DNA of 50,780 nucleotides from Gemmatimonas sp. (lineage in GTDB: Bacteria; Gemmatimonadota; Gemmatimonadetes; Gemmatimonadales; Gemmatimonadaceae). The position numbers and the translations under genes are program-made. The notes under the pieces are model-generated. The model worked only from the letters and a program-made list of their open reading frames with translations. It was not told where the DNA came from and ran no database searches. The DNA is taken from contig NZ_JBIJAW010000001.1 of assembly GCF_044345575.1 (NCBI RefSeq), positions 1-50,780 of the forward strand. The letters are read 5' to 3'. Shown in pieces: positions 9,008 to 17,781 of the stretch (the stretch's first letter is position 1; every line of letters starts with the position of its first letter).

Positions 9008-12000
9008 TCAGAACTCGTAACGCACGCCCAGCTGCATCTGGTAGCGATTCCCCGACTTCACCGTGCGGCCGAAGTTGGGGTTCACGCGATAGCGGTACTC
9101 GCGCGACGTCTGGTCGAAGGCGATCACGTTGAGCAGCGTCTGGTTCGCGCCCGGCACGACCCGCACCGCGCCCCAGTTGTGGTTCACGAGCGCTGCCGCG
9201 TTGAACACGTCGAGGGTGAGCAGCGCGCGCTGCCCGCGGATGCTCGGCAGCTTCTGCGTGAGCCGCACGTCCACCTGCGTCACGAACGGATTGCGCACGG
9301 CGTTGCGATCGGCGATGCGGCCGAGGTTTTCCCGCAGGTACGCGCCGCCGATGTTGGCCGGATTGTCGTACACCAGACGCAGTGAGTCGGCGAAGCCCTG
9401 TCGGAGTCCCGACGTGTTCGGATTGAAGATGAAAGCCAGGTCGTTCTGGTTGCCGAACGAGCTGCCGGCGCCCACATCGTCACCGTTGATGTCCTGCGCC
9501 ACCGTCGCGCTCCACGGCGAACCGGACTGACCGATCACGCGGGCGCTGAACTGGAAGCCGCCGATTTCCGGCGTGGCGCCATAGAGCACCAGCTTGTGGC
9601 GGAAGTCGTTGGCGCTGGCCCCCCACGTCGGCACGCGCGGATCGCTCGGCACCGGCGTGAACACCGACGTGATGGCGATGCAGCAGTTGAACGAGCTGTT
9701 GTCACGCGTCTCGTTCCACGTGAAGGAGCCGCTCAGCGAGCCGCCGCGCGGCAGGCGCAGCGCACCGTCGATCACAAACGCCTTCTGGTGCTGCGCCGCA
9801 TCGCTGCGCAGTTCGAGCACGCGCTGGAACTGCGAGAACGGACGCGCCAGCACCGGGTTGCGGCCGCCCGTGGCGGTGATGCTCGACGCGGGCACGAAGA
9901 CGCTCCGTCCCCCTTCGTTGGCGAGGGTGAACTCCGGCGCGGCACGCAGATTGAGATCGTAGTACCGGTACAGCTCACTCGTCTGGGCGTACTGCGCCGT
10001 CGCACCGAGCGTCAGGTTGCCGTTGAAGAGGCGGCGCTGGTAGGCAATGTCGCTTTTCCAGGTGCGCGGCACCTTGAACTCGTCGCTGAACATGTTGATG
10101 TACGACGGACGCTGCGCGCTTCCCTGCGGAATCCCCGGCACGTTGGCGAACGACTGGCGGTACGACACGAAGTCGGGCGTCGGCACCGCAGCCCCGGTGA
10201 GCAGCACGTCGGCCAGCTGCGTGCCGTCGTTGAGCATGTGGTTGATCTGCACCATGTAGTGCGGCTGCGCGGTGAAGAAACCGCTGCCCACACGCAGCAG
10301 ATTGGTCCCCGCTTCGCCCGGCGTCCACGTGAGCTGCGCGCGCGGCTGAATGGCGATATCCGTCGGCTTCACATTGGTGCGGCGACCGAACGCCTGCTCT
10401 ACGGCCGGGTTGGGATTGGCCGCCGTGAGGAACGCCGACATGTCGGCGCGCAGGCCACCGGTGAGGTTGAGATTGGGACGCACGCGATACTCGCCCTGCA
10501 CGTACGCACCACCGTCGTACACCCACTGACGCATACGCGGCTCGAGCGTCTGCAGCGGCACGAGACGCGCGAAGCTCGACGGACGGCGCGCTTCGAGCGC
10601 CGCGAGATTGGGGAACTGGAACAGCCCGTCCGTCTCGATGGAAACGAACATGGACAGGTTGTTGATCGAGTGGTCCGTCCCCACCGTAAACGCGGTCTTC
10701 TCGCGGTCCCAACGCAGGACGTTCACGAGCTGGTACGACTCCTCGGTCTGCAGCTCCGGGCTGGTGCGCTGCCCACCGAACTGCAGGATCTGGTTCGTGC
10801 CCGTGCCCCCGGTGGGCAGCGCGCTCGACACGTTCACCCAGGCCCGCGGCAAACGCGTGTTCGGCTCGTTCTCCAGCAGGCGGTTCGTGTAGGCCAGGCG
10901 GAAGTCGTTGTTGAGCGACGAGCTTAGCGCGCTCTTCACCGAGGCCATTACCTGCAGTTCGTTCGACTTCTGGTTGCCGCGGCTTTCGAGTACCGAGAGC
11001 TCGCGGTCGGGGATGGAGTTGCTGTAGAACCAGTTGGAATACGTCGTGCGCAGCGTGGCGCGGTGCGCATCGTTGATCTGCCAATCGAGGCGGCCGAAAA
11101 CGGTATTGAGGGCGTTGTTGCGATTGAACAGACCCACCTGCTGGCCGCCGGGGAGGCCATACTGCGTGCGCAGGATGTTGAGGAAGCGCGCGACGGAGTC
11201 AGGCGCCACCTGCAAGCGGGCCCAGTCCGCATTGTTGTCCACCTGGAGCGTGCTGAATGGTTCAGCCACCTGCTGACGGTCGTACGCCACGAAGTAATGC
11301 AGCTTGTCCTTTTTGATCGCGCCGCCGGCGGCACCACCAAACTGCCAGTTCTCGAAGTTCGTGTTGCGCTGACCGAGGAAGTTGGTGTTGGTCGTGAACG
11401 CCTGGTTGCGGTTATAGGCGAAGAGAGAGCCGGTGGTGGTATTGGTGCCGGCGCGCGTGGCCACGTTCACGGCGCCTGCGCCCTGACGGCCCTGCGTCAC
11501 GTCGTACACGTTGGTCACCACCTCGAACTCACGCACGGCTTCCACCGAGATCGAGTACGGACCGCGGCCGAAGCCGGCGCCCCACAAGGTGTTCTTGGCC
11601 TGTACGCCGTCCACGCGAATGTCGGTGCTCGACACGCGCCCGCCGGCGATCGACGAACTCGACGTGATGATTCCGCCCGTACCCGCGCGGCTCGTGGTGG
11701 GCGCAATGATGGACAGGTCGGCGAACGATCGATCCTGAATGGGGAGCTGACGGATTTCCTTTTCGCCCACCACGATGCTTCCACCCACGCGCTCCGTACG
11801 CTTGCTCTCGCGATCGGCGCGCACGTCGATCGCCCCGAGCTCCTGGGCCGACTGCTCGAGGGTGACGTCGAGCGGCACGCGATCGCCGAGGTTGAGCATC
11901 AGCCCCGTGCGGCGAACCGGGCGGAAGCCCAGCTGGCGCACCGCGATGGTGTACGGACCGCCGATGGGCAGCTGGGGGAACACGTAGCGCCCGCGCGCGT

Positions 12001-12211
12001 CGGTGGTACGCGTCTGCTGGGTACCGGTGGCCTCGTTGCGCGCCGTGACCGTGGCACCGGCAATGGGCGCGCCGGCAGCGGAGCGGACCTGACCGGCCAC
12101 GAACCCTTCGGTGGCCTGGGCCGGCAGGCGGGTGGGGAAACACGCCAGCGGAAGCGGCGAGGAGAGGAGCAGCGCGGCTACGGCGAGCCGCCGGAGACGT
12201 TCGGAGAGCAT
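9008..12211 (-). CDS. TonB-dependent outer-membrane receptor (Oar-like) with N-terminal carboxypeptidase-regulatory-like domain
   Basis: Signal peptide from MLSERLRR; GQVRSAAGAPIAGATV...TDARGRY domain; plug motif SVEAVREFEVVTN...GAGAVNVATRAG; beta-strand-rich barrel; C-terminal GVRYEF. Confidence 0.9.
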   Translation of the reverse strand: MLSERLRRLAVAALLLSSPLPLACFPTRLPAQATEGFVAGQVRSAAGAPIAGATVTARNEATGTQQTRTTDARGRYVFPQLPIGGPYTIAVRQLGFRPVRRTGLMLNLGDRVPLDVTLEQSAQELGAIDVRADRESKRTERVGGSIVVGEKEIRQLPIQDRSFADLSIIAPTTSRAGTGGIITSSSSIAGGRVSSTDIRVDGVQAKNTLWGAGFGRGPYSISVEAVREFEVVTNVYDVTQGRQGAGAVNVATRAGTNTTTGSLFAYNRNQAFTTNTNFLGQRNTNFENWQFGGAAGGAIKKDKLHYFVAYDRQQVAEPFSTLQVDNNADWARLQVAPDSVARFLNILRTQYGLPGGQQVGLFNRNNALNTVFGRLDWQINDAHRATLRTTYSNWFYSNSIPDRELSVLESRGNQKSNELQVMASVKSALSSSLNNDFRLAYTNRLLENEPNTRLPRAWVNVSSALPTGGTGTNQILQFGGQRTSPELQTEESYQLVNVLRWDREKTAFTVGTDHSINNLSMFVSIETDGLFQFPNLAALEARRPSSFARLVPLQTLEPRMRQWVYDGGAYVQGEYRVRPNLNLTGGLRADMSAFLTAANPNPAVEQAFGRRTNVKPTDIAIQPRAQLTWTPGEAGTNLLRVGSGFFTAQPHYMVQINHMLNDGTQLADVLLTGAAVPTPDFVSYRQSFANVPGIPQGSAQRPSYINMFSDEFKVPRTWKSDIAYQRRLFNGNLTLGATAQYAQTSELYRYYDLNLRAAPEFTLANEGGRSVFVPASSITATGGRNPVLARPFSQFQRVLELRSDAAQHQKAFVIDGALRLPRGGSLSGSFTWNETRDNSSFNCCIAITSVFTPVPSDPRVPTWGASANDFRHKLVLYGATPEIGGFQFSARVIGQSGSPWSATVAQDINGDDVGAGSSFGNQNDLAFIFNPNTSGLRQGFADSLRLVYDNPANIGGAYLRENLGRIADRNAVRNPFVTQVDVRLTQKLPSIRGQRALLTLDVFNAAALVNHNWGAVRVVPGANQTLLNVIAFDQTSREYRYRVNPNFGRTVKSGNRYQMQLGVRYEF

Positions 12212-12330
12212 AGGATCCGTGGAGGGACGCGATGTCACTGGCCAGTGTGGCCCCAATGGCGACGCCGGAGAGTCATCGCGTCCCGTCACGATCGCTGTGC
12301 CGTCTTGCCGCAGCTCCGCGACGGAGAGGT

Positions 12331-12411
12331 CACGATTCCGCCACTGTACGGGTTCCATTTTCAGGGAAACTCGCCCCGCGCAGGCACGAAACGGCCCCGG
12401 TTTGGGTTCCA
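12331..12411 (-). promoter_or_regulatory. Two tandem ECF-sigma-type promoter motifs (TGGAACCC-N14-TCGTG)
   Basis: Minus strand: tGGAACccaaaccggggccgtttCGTG (12411-12385) and tGGAACccgtacagtggcggaatCGTG (12357-12331). Both are GGAAC-N17-CGT. Confidence 0.6.
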
Positions 12412-12443
12412 CTGCCAGCCGGGTTCGCCTATCTTCCGAGGCT
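12407..12443 (+). promoter_or_regulatory. Putative sigma70 promoter of prs-rplY-pth
   Basis: TTCCAC-N17-TATCTT followed by CCGAGGCT. Confidence 0.5.
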
Positions 12444-12518
12444 ACGGGTGTTCGGTATTCCACCCGCCGGCATGTCCCGACTCCCGTTCCGAACCCTTCT
12501 TTCTCGCACGAGCATCAC

Positions 12519-13487
12519 ATGAACGCCGCTCCGGACGTCCTGTCCACGTCCAATTCCCGCGGATTCAAGATCCTCTCCGGCACGGCCAACCGGCCGCTGG
12601 CAGAGGAGGTGGCCCGCGCGTTGGGCGCGGAACTGTGCAAGGTGACCTGCACGCGCTTCGCCGACGGTGAAGTGTTCGTGCGGATCGACGAGAATATCCG
12701 CGGCGCCGACGTCTTCGTGGTGCAGCCCACCAACCCGCCGGGCGAGAACATGCTGGAGCTGCTGCTCCTCATCGATGCCGCCCGTCGCGCCTCGGCCGCG
12801 CGCGTGACCGCCGTGCTCCCCTACACCGGGTACGCACGCCAGGACCGCAAGGATCAGCCGCGGGTGGCCATCGGCGCCAAGCTCATGGCCAACCTCATCG
12901 AGACCGCCGGCGCCGACCGGGTGCTCGGACTCGATTTTCACGCGCACCAGCTGCAGGGCTTCTTCGACGTCCCCGTCGATCACCTGTACGCGGCGCCGGT
13001 GTTCACGAACTACTTCCGCAAGAAGGAACTCAAGGACCTCGTGGTCGTGGCCCCCGATGTGGGCTCGGCCAAGATGGCCCGCGGTTTCGCCAAGCGGCTC
13101 GACGCGACCTTCGCCATCATCGACAAGCGTCGTCCCAAGGCCAACGTGGCCGAGGTGATGAACGTCGTCGGTGAAGTGGAAGGGCGCGACTGTCTCATCC
13201 CCGACGACATGATCGACACAGCGGGCACGGTGTCCGAAGCCGCGCGCGCCCTCAAGAATCTCGGGGCGAACGACATCTACGTGTGCGCCACGCACGCGCT
13301 GTTCAGCGGCCCCGCCGTGGAACGCCTGTCGAACGCCCCGATCAAGGAAGTCGTGGTGACCGACTCGATCAACCTGTCCCCTGAGCGCCGCTTCGACACG
13401 CTGCGTACGCTCTCGGTGGGCGATCTGCTCGCCAAGGCCATCCGATTCACGCACGCCGACCAGTCGGTGAGCGTGCTGTTCGAGTAG
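12519..13487 (+). CDS. prs: Ribose-phosphate pyrophosphokinase
   Basis: RFADGE, YARQDRK, DFHAHQLQGFF, VAPDVG and DDMIDTAGT. Confidence 0.96.
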   Translation: MNAAPDVLSTSNSRGFKILSGTANRPLAEEVARALGAELCKVTCTRFADGEVFVRIDENIRGADVFVVQPTNPPGENMLELLLLIDAARRASAARVTAVLPYTGYARQDRKDQPRVAIGAKLMANLIETAGADRVLGLDFHAHQLQGFFDVPVDHLYAAPVFTNYFRKKELKDLVVVAPDVGSAKMARGFAKRLDATFAIIDKRRPKANVAEVMNVVGEVEGRDCLIPDDMIDTAGTVSEAARALKNLGANDIYVCATHALFSGPAVERLSNAPIKEVVVTDSINLSPERRFDTLRTLSVGDLLAKAIRFTHADQSVSVLFE

Positions 13488-13572
13488 TACCTGTAGGACC
13501 CGCAACACCGCAGGACCGGCCGGGACGACCACTTCCGGTTACTCCCGAACCACTTTTTCCGAGGCAACACCC

Positions 13573-14202
13573 ATGGCGAACCCCACGCTTTCCGCGAACA
13601 CCCGCGCCGAGACCGGCAAGGGCGCTGCGCGCAAGCTCCGTCAGGCGGGCAACATCCCCGCGGTCATCTACGGCCACAACCGTGAGCCGCAGTCGCTCGT
13701 GCTGAATTCGCGCGAGACCGAGAAGCTCGTGAAGAGCATTCCCGTGAGCAGCACGGCCATCGAACTCACGATCGACGGCGCGACGGTCCGCACGCTCATC
13801 CGCGAAATCCAGCGCCACCCGTTCAAGCGCACCATCCTCCACATCGACTTCCAGGAACTGGTGGCCGGTGAGACCGTGACGGTGAAGTGCCCCATCGTGT
13901 ACGTGGGCACGCCGGAAGGTGTCCGCCTCGAGGGCGGCATCCTCGATCAGATCATGCACGAGCTGCAGATTCAGGTCGATCCGAGCAATATCCCGAACCA
14001 CATCGACGTCGACATCTCGGCGCTCAAGGTGGGCAAGTCGCTGCACGTGTCCGACCTCACGGTGCCTGCGGGCATCAAGATCGTCGACGATGCGTCGAGC
14101 ACGGTGTGCATCGTGCAGCAGCCGAAGCAGGCCCCGGATGCGCCGGCCGACGGCGCGGCCGAGCCGGAGCTCATCCGCAAGCCGAAGCCCGACGACAAGT
14201 AA
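13573..14202 (+). CDS. rplY: 50S ribosomal protein L25/Ctc (long form)
   Basis: GKGAARKLRQAGNIPAVIYG, QRHPFKRTILHIDF and GVRLEGG; lies between prs and pth. Confidence 0.95.
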   Translation: MANPTLSANTRAETGKGAARKLRQAGNIPAVIYGHNREPQSLVLNSRETEKLVKSIPVSSTAIELTIDGATVRTLIREIQRHPFKRTILHIDFQELVAGETVTVKCPIVYVGTPEGVRLEGGILDQIMHELQIQVDPSNIPNHIDVDISALKVGKSLHVSDLTVPAGIKIVDDASSTVCIVQQPKQAPDAPADGAAEPELIRKPKPDDK

Positions 14203-14220
14203 GCCGTCGTCGCGTCACCT

Positions 14221-14285
14221 CGCAGGGCGCGGAGTTCGTTCAGCATGGTCACCCCACGCTGGCGCATTCCGCGCCCTGCGCGTTT
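14221..14285 (+). terminator. Strong stem-loop between rplY and pth (terminator, attenuator or stabiliser)
   Basis: Perfect 13-bp stem CGCAGGGCGCGGA(14221-33)/TCCGCGCCCTGCG(14268-80), an inner stem, and only a short T run. Confidence 0.5.
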
Positions 14286-14295
14286 ACCGCTCCGT

Positions 14296-14868
14296 ATGAA
14301 AGTCATCGTGGGGCTCGGCAATCCCGGGCGCGAATACGAAGCCACCCGGCACAACGTGGGGTGGTGGCTGGTCGACGTGCTGGCGCAGCGCTGGCATTTC
14401 GAACCATTCCGCAAGGACGGCGACGCCGTGAGTACCACCGGTCTCGTTGGTACGAAGAAGGTGAAGCTCGTGAAGCCGCAGACGTACATGAACAAGAGCG
14501 GCGAAGTGCTGCGCTCCTATCTCAAGCGCGAGGGGTGGAGCGCCGCGCAGGACCTCATGGTCATCGTCGACGAAGTTGCGGTGCCCGTGGGCGAATTCCG
14601 CCTGCGCGCCGCCGGCAGCCCGGGGGGCCACAACGGGCTCAAGAGCGTGGAATCGCATCTCAAGAGCGCCACGTACCCGCGGCTCCGCATCGGCATCAAA
14701 CCGGTGGACGAACGCCGGCAGATTGGCGATCTCGCCGACTTCGTGCTGCACACCATGCCGCGCGACGAGCGTGAGCTGGTGGAAGCGCAATACGATCGCA
14801 TGTGCAAGGCGATCGAGCTGTGGATCACCGACGGAACGGAAAAGGCGGTCAGCACCATGGGTCGGTGA
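14296..14868 (+). CDS. pth: Peptidyl-tRNA hydrolase
   Basis: MKVIVGLGNPG, TRHNVG, KPQTYMNKSG, GGHNGLKS and RLRIGI. Confidence 0.96.
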   Translation: MKVIVGLGNPGREYEATRHNVGWWLVDVLAQRWHFEPFRKDGDAVSTTGLVGTKKVKLVKPQTYMNKSGEVLRSYLKREGWSAAQDLMVIVDEVAVPVGEFRLRAAGSPGGHNGLKSVESHLKSATYPRLRIGIKPVDERRQIGDLADFVLHTMPRDERELVEAQYDRMCKAIELWITDGTEKAVSTMGR

Positions 14869-14911
14869 CCCGGGGCTGACCGCCTGTTGCCTGCCCTGCG
14901 ACGACGCCGCG

Positions 14912-16303
14912 TCAGCGACGCGCGTTGATGTGGGTCTTGGTCCAGAGCAGCACCACCGCGCAGGTATTGCCGGGCGTCTGAAATCGCGTGGGCGCCATGT
15001 TCTCGCTGGGGTAGATCTCCACCGCCGCGATGTTGTCCTTGTCCACCCGGGCCAGCATGTTGTCGAAGGTCATCGGCTCGCGCACGCCGTTCACCCACAG
15101 CGTGGCGACACAGTCGCCGCGACCTCGCAGAATGAAATCGCTCGGCGAGCGTCCCACCTGCGTGCGCAGCCCCGGCGCCGCGTCGAGCGCCTGACGCGTT
15201 TCCACGTATCCGCGGAAGTACGTCGAGTCGAGGAAGCGCCCCTTGTTCGACACGCGGCGCTCGTCGAGCTCGCGCGCATCACGCGTCATGATTCGCGTCT
15301 CGCGCGTTTCCACGGTGTTGAGTGTGACGGTGGCCTTGGTGATGCGCAGCTCCACCCGCGGGATCCCCTTGTCGGTGATGTCGAGCTGCTGACTGGTAGA
15401 CAGATATCCCACCTTGCGCGCGGCGATCATGCGGCTGCCCGTTGGCACGTTTTGGAGGGTAAAGCGCCCGTTGGGCCCCGACTGAATCTCCCCCGCGAAC
15501 CCGCCGATGCTCACCGTGGCGCCGGGTACGATGACGCCGTTGTCGTCGTACACGTAGCCGCCCACGGTGGCGAAGGCGCCGGCCCCTTCGCGGGGGCCCA
15601 CCACCAGGTCCACGCGGCGCAGCGAGGACGGGTCGGCCTCGACCAGCACGTTGTCGCTCCGCCACTGCGAACTGCTCGCCACCACCGCGGCCGGCCCGAA
15701 GTCCTGCACGCCGCAGAAGACGAAGTTGCCGAGCGAATCGCTGCGCGTGGTGATGCTCTCGAGTCGCTTGCTGGTGTCGGCAATGCTCCGCACCGATTCC
15801 CACTGCAGGACGAGCCCCAGGCCGGCGACGCGGGTACTGCCGTCGGCCGCCACGGTGGTGCCGAAGACAATCCCGCCGTTCCCATTCCCAATGCGCCGTG
15901 CTGGCGCGCACAGGCGTTGCCACACCGTCACAATGCTGGGCGTGGCGACGATGGGGCGCGCCCACGTGAGGCCGCTATCCGGCCGAGTCGCAATGAGATC
16001 ACCAAGCCCGAGTCGGTCTGCCTGATCGTGAAACGCCACGAGGCGCTTTACCGGCACCGGGCTGACGATGAGGAATCGCCCCAGTGAATCGCTGACAGCC
16101 GTGAGGCCGCCAGGCTCCGCGGTTACCAGCGCGCCTCGCAGGGGCTGCCACGACAGACTGTCATACGCGAGTCCACGAATGGTGTCAGCAACCGGCGGTG
16201 CGCCGGGTCGCACCTGCGCGGCGAGTGTACCGCCCTGCACGCCGGCGATGATGAAGCCCGTCGCGACTACCGCGCGAGCCACAAGAGAGTTGAAGCGCTT
16301 CAT
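14912..16303 (-). CDS. Secreted protein with carboxypeptidase-regulatory-like domains and a C-terminal TonB-plug-like domain, no barrel (paralog A)
   Basis: Signal peptide; repeated G-x-V-x-D...GATV...SDSLGRF modules; ends with IAAVEIY...CAVVLLWTK. Confidence 0.75.
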   Translation of the reverse strand: MKRFNSLVARAVVATGFIIAGVQGGTLAAQVRPGAPPVADTIRGLAYDSLSWQPLRGALVTAEPGGLTAVSDSLGRFLIVSPVPVKRLVAFHDQADRLGLGDLIATRPDSGLTWARPIVATPSIVTVWQRLCAPARRIGNGNGGIVFGTTVAADGSTRVAGLGLVLQWESVRSIADTSKRLESITTRSDSLGNFVFCGVQDFGPAAVVASSSQWRSDNVLVEADPSSLRRVDLVVGPREGAGAFATVGGYVYDDNGVIVPGATVSIGGFAGEIQSGPNGRFTLQNVPTGSRMIAARKVGYLSTSQQLDITDKGIPRVELRITKATVTLNTVETRETRIMTRDARELDERRVSNKGRFLDSTYFRGYVETRQALDAAPGLRTQVGRSPSDFILRGRGDCVATLWVNGVREPMTFDNMLARVDKDNIAAVEIYPSENMAPTRFQTPGNTCAVVLLWTKTHINARR

Positions 16304-16312
16304 GCCTGAAGG

Positions 16313-17641
16313 CTACCCTCTCAGGTACCCTTTCGTCCACACCAGCAGCGTGTTGCAGGTATCGCCGAAGGTGCGGAACCGCGCCGGCGCCAAGGCATCC
16401 GTGTTGAACAGCTCCATCGCGGCGAGGTTCTCGAGCGGCAGCCGGCGCAGATAGTCCTCGTCTTCCCGCATCCCATCAACCCAGACGTACACGCGACAGC
16501 GCACCAGCGCTTTGGTGATACGACCGAGCAGCGCAAACTCCACCCCGCTTCGCCCGCTCTGCACGACGAGGGACGGGTACATGCGTAGCGCCGACTGCAG
16601 CAGTGGGAACTGTGCCAACCGTGTCGAATCCATGACCTGCGACACTCCGGCCCGGCGACGCTCTTCGAACTCCTGCCGGTCACGCGATAGGGTGGCACGG
16701 GCCGTCACTTTCACGCCATCCAACGTGACGCCGCGCTCCACGATAAGGGGCAGATCGCGCACGCCGCGCGCGAGCACTTCCACCGACTGCACCGTGGGCA
16801 GGTAGCCCACCTTCCGTACACTCAGCATGCGCGTGCCCGAAGGTACGGCGGCGAACGTGAAACGACCGGCGCCATCGGTCACCATGGCATCGTCCACGCC
16901 ATCGAGGGTGATGGTGGCACTGGCCACCGCCTGCCCATTCTCGTCACGCACCACGCCACTCACCACGGCGCGCGTCGACGCCGCCGCCAACACGAGATCG
17001 ACGCGGCGCAGCGGGCGCACATCCGCCAGCAGCAACACACTGCCGCTTTTGAACTCGGCCGCACTGGCCATGGCCCCGGCCTGCCCGAACTCCTGCACAC
17101 CACAGGCGACGAACTCACCGATGGAATCGCTGCGCGCCGTCACCGATTCGTAGCGCACACTGTCACGGCGCGCGGCGGCCATGAGCCGCAGCGATTCCCA
17201 TTCGATCACCACACGCGCACCGCCCACCCGCGTGGTGTCGTCGGCAAAGCGCGTACTGCCGATCACGATACCCCCCAGGCCATTGGAGGGCCGACGTGTA
17301 CCGCAGAGCCGCTGCCACACGGTTTCGATGGAAGGCGTCGCGACACGAGGCGCCCAGGCACGCTCACCGGCACGACGCGCCAAGAGGGCCCCCAGCCCGA
17401 GGCGATCGAGCACGTCATGGTACACCACCACACTCGCGATGCGCGCGTCGGCCATCAACGTGAAGCGGCCAAGGGAGTCGGTCACCGCGGATGCGGTGCC
17501 GCCTTCGGCGGTGACGAACGCGCCGGCCAGCGGCGCGGCGGCGAGACTGTCGTACACGACCCCGCGCACAGTGTCAGCTTGGGCCGCGAGCACACGCGGC
17601 AAACTGAGCAGCAGAGCAATGGTGGCGGCAATGTGGCGCAT
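16313..17641 (-). CDS. Secreted protein with carboxypeptidase-regulatory-like domains and a C-terminal TonB-plug-like domain, no barrel (paralog B)
   Basis: Collinear with paralog A through DTVRGVVYDSL, VWQRLC, CGVQEFG, RRVDLV, RKVGYL and LAAMELF...CNTLLVWTK. Confidence 0.75.
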   Translation of the reverse strand: MRHIAATIALLLSLPRVLAAQADTVRGVVYDSLAAAPLAGAFVTAEGGTASAVTDSLGRFTLMADARIASVVVYHDVLDRLGLGALLARRAGERAWAPRVATPSIETVWQRLCGTRRPSNGLGGIVIGSTRFADDTTRVGGARVVIEWESLRLMAAARRDSVRYESVTARSDSIGEFVACGVQEFGQAGAMASAAEFKSGSVLLLADVRPLRRVDLVLAAASTRAVVSGVVRDENGQAVASATITLDGVDDAMVTDGAGRFTFAAVPSGTRMLSVRKVGYLPTVQSVEVLARGVRDLPLIVERGVTLDGVKVTARATLSRDRQEFEERRRAGVSQVMDSTRLAQFPLLQSALRMYPSLVVQSGRSGVEFALLGRITKALVRCRVYVWVDGMREDEDYLRRLPLENLAAMELFNTDALAPARFRTFGDTCNTLLVWTKGYLRG

Positions 17642-17685
17642 AGGCACCATGCTACGGCTCGAAGAGGTTCGACGCCATGCCCAAT

Positions 17686-17772
17686 ACCAAGAACTGAACA
17701 CTGACGACCGAAAGCTGAAAGCTCCCCGCGACGTCACAGGGAGCTTTCAGCTTTCAGCCTTCAGTCTTCAGC
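17686..17772. repeat. Heptamer-arm hairpin element, copy 2
   Basis: accaaga actgaac actgacg accgaaa gctgaaa gctcccc gcgacgtcac agggagc tttcagc tttcagc cttcagt cttcagc. Confidence 0.85.
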
Positions 17773-17781
17773 CAAGGCCGC

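Noticed and set aside
12300-12420. Possible cobalamin riboswitch (CCGCCACTGT, AGGGAA) upstream of the TonB receptor
   Set aside because: The motifs are on the strand opposite the receptor and in the wrong order, and no B12-box is present.
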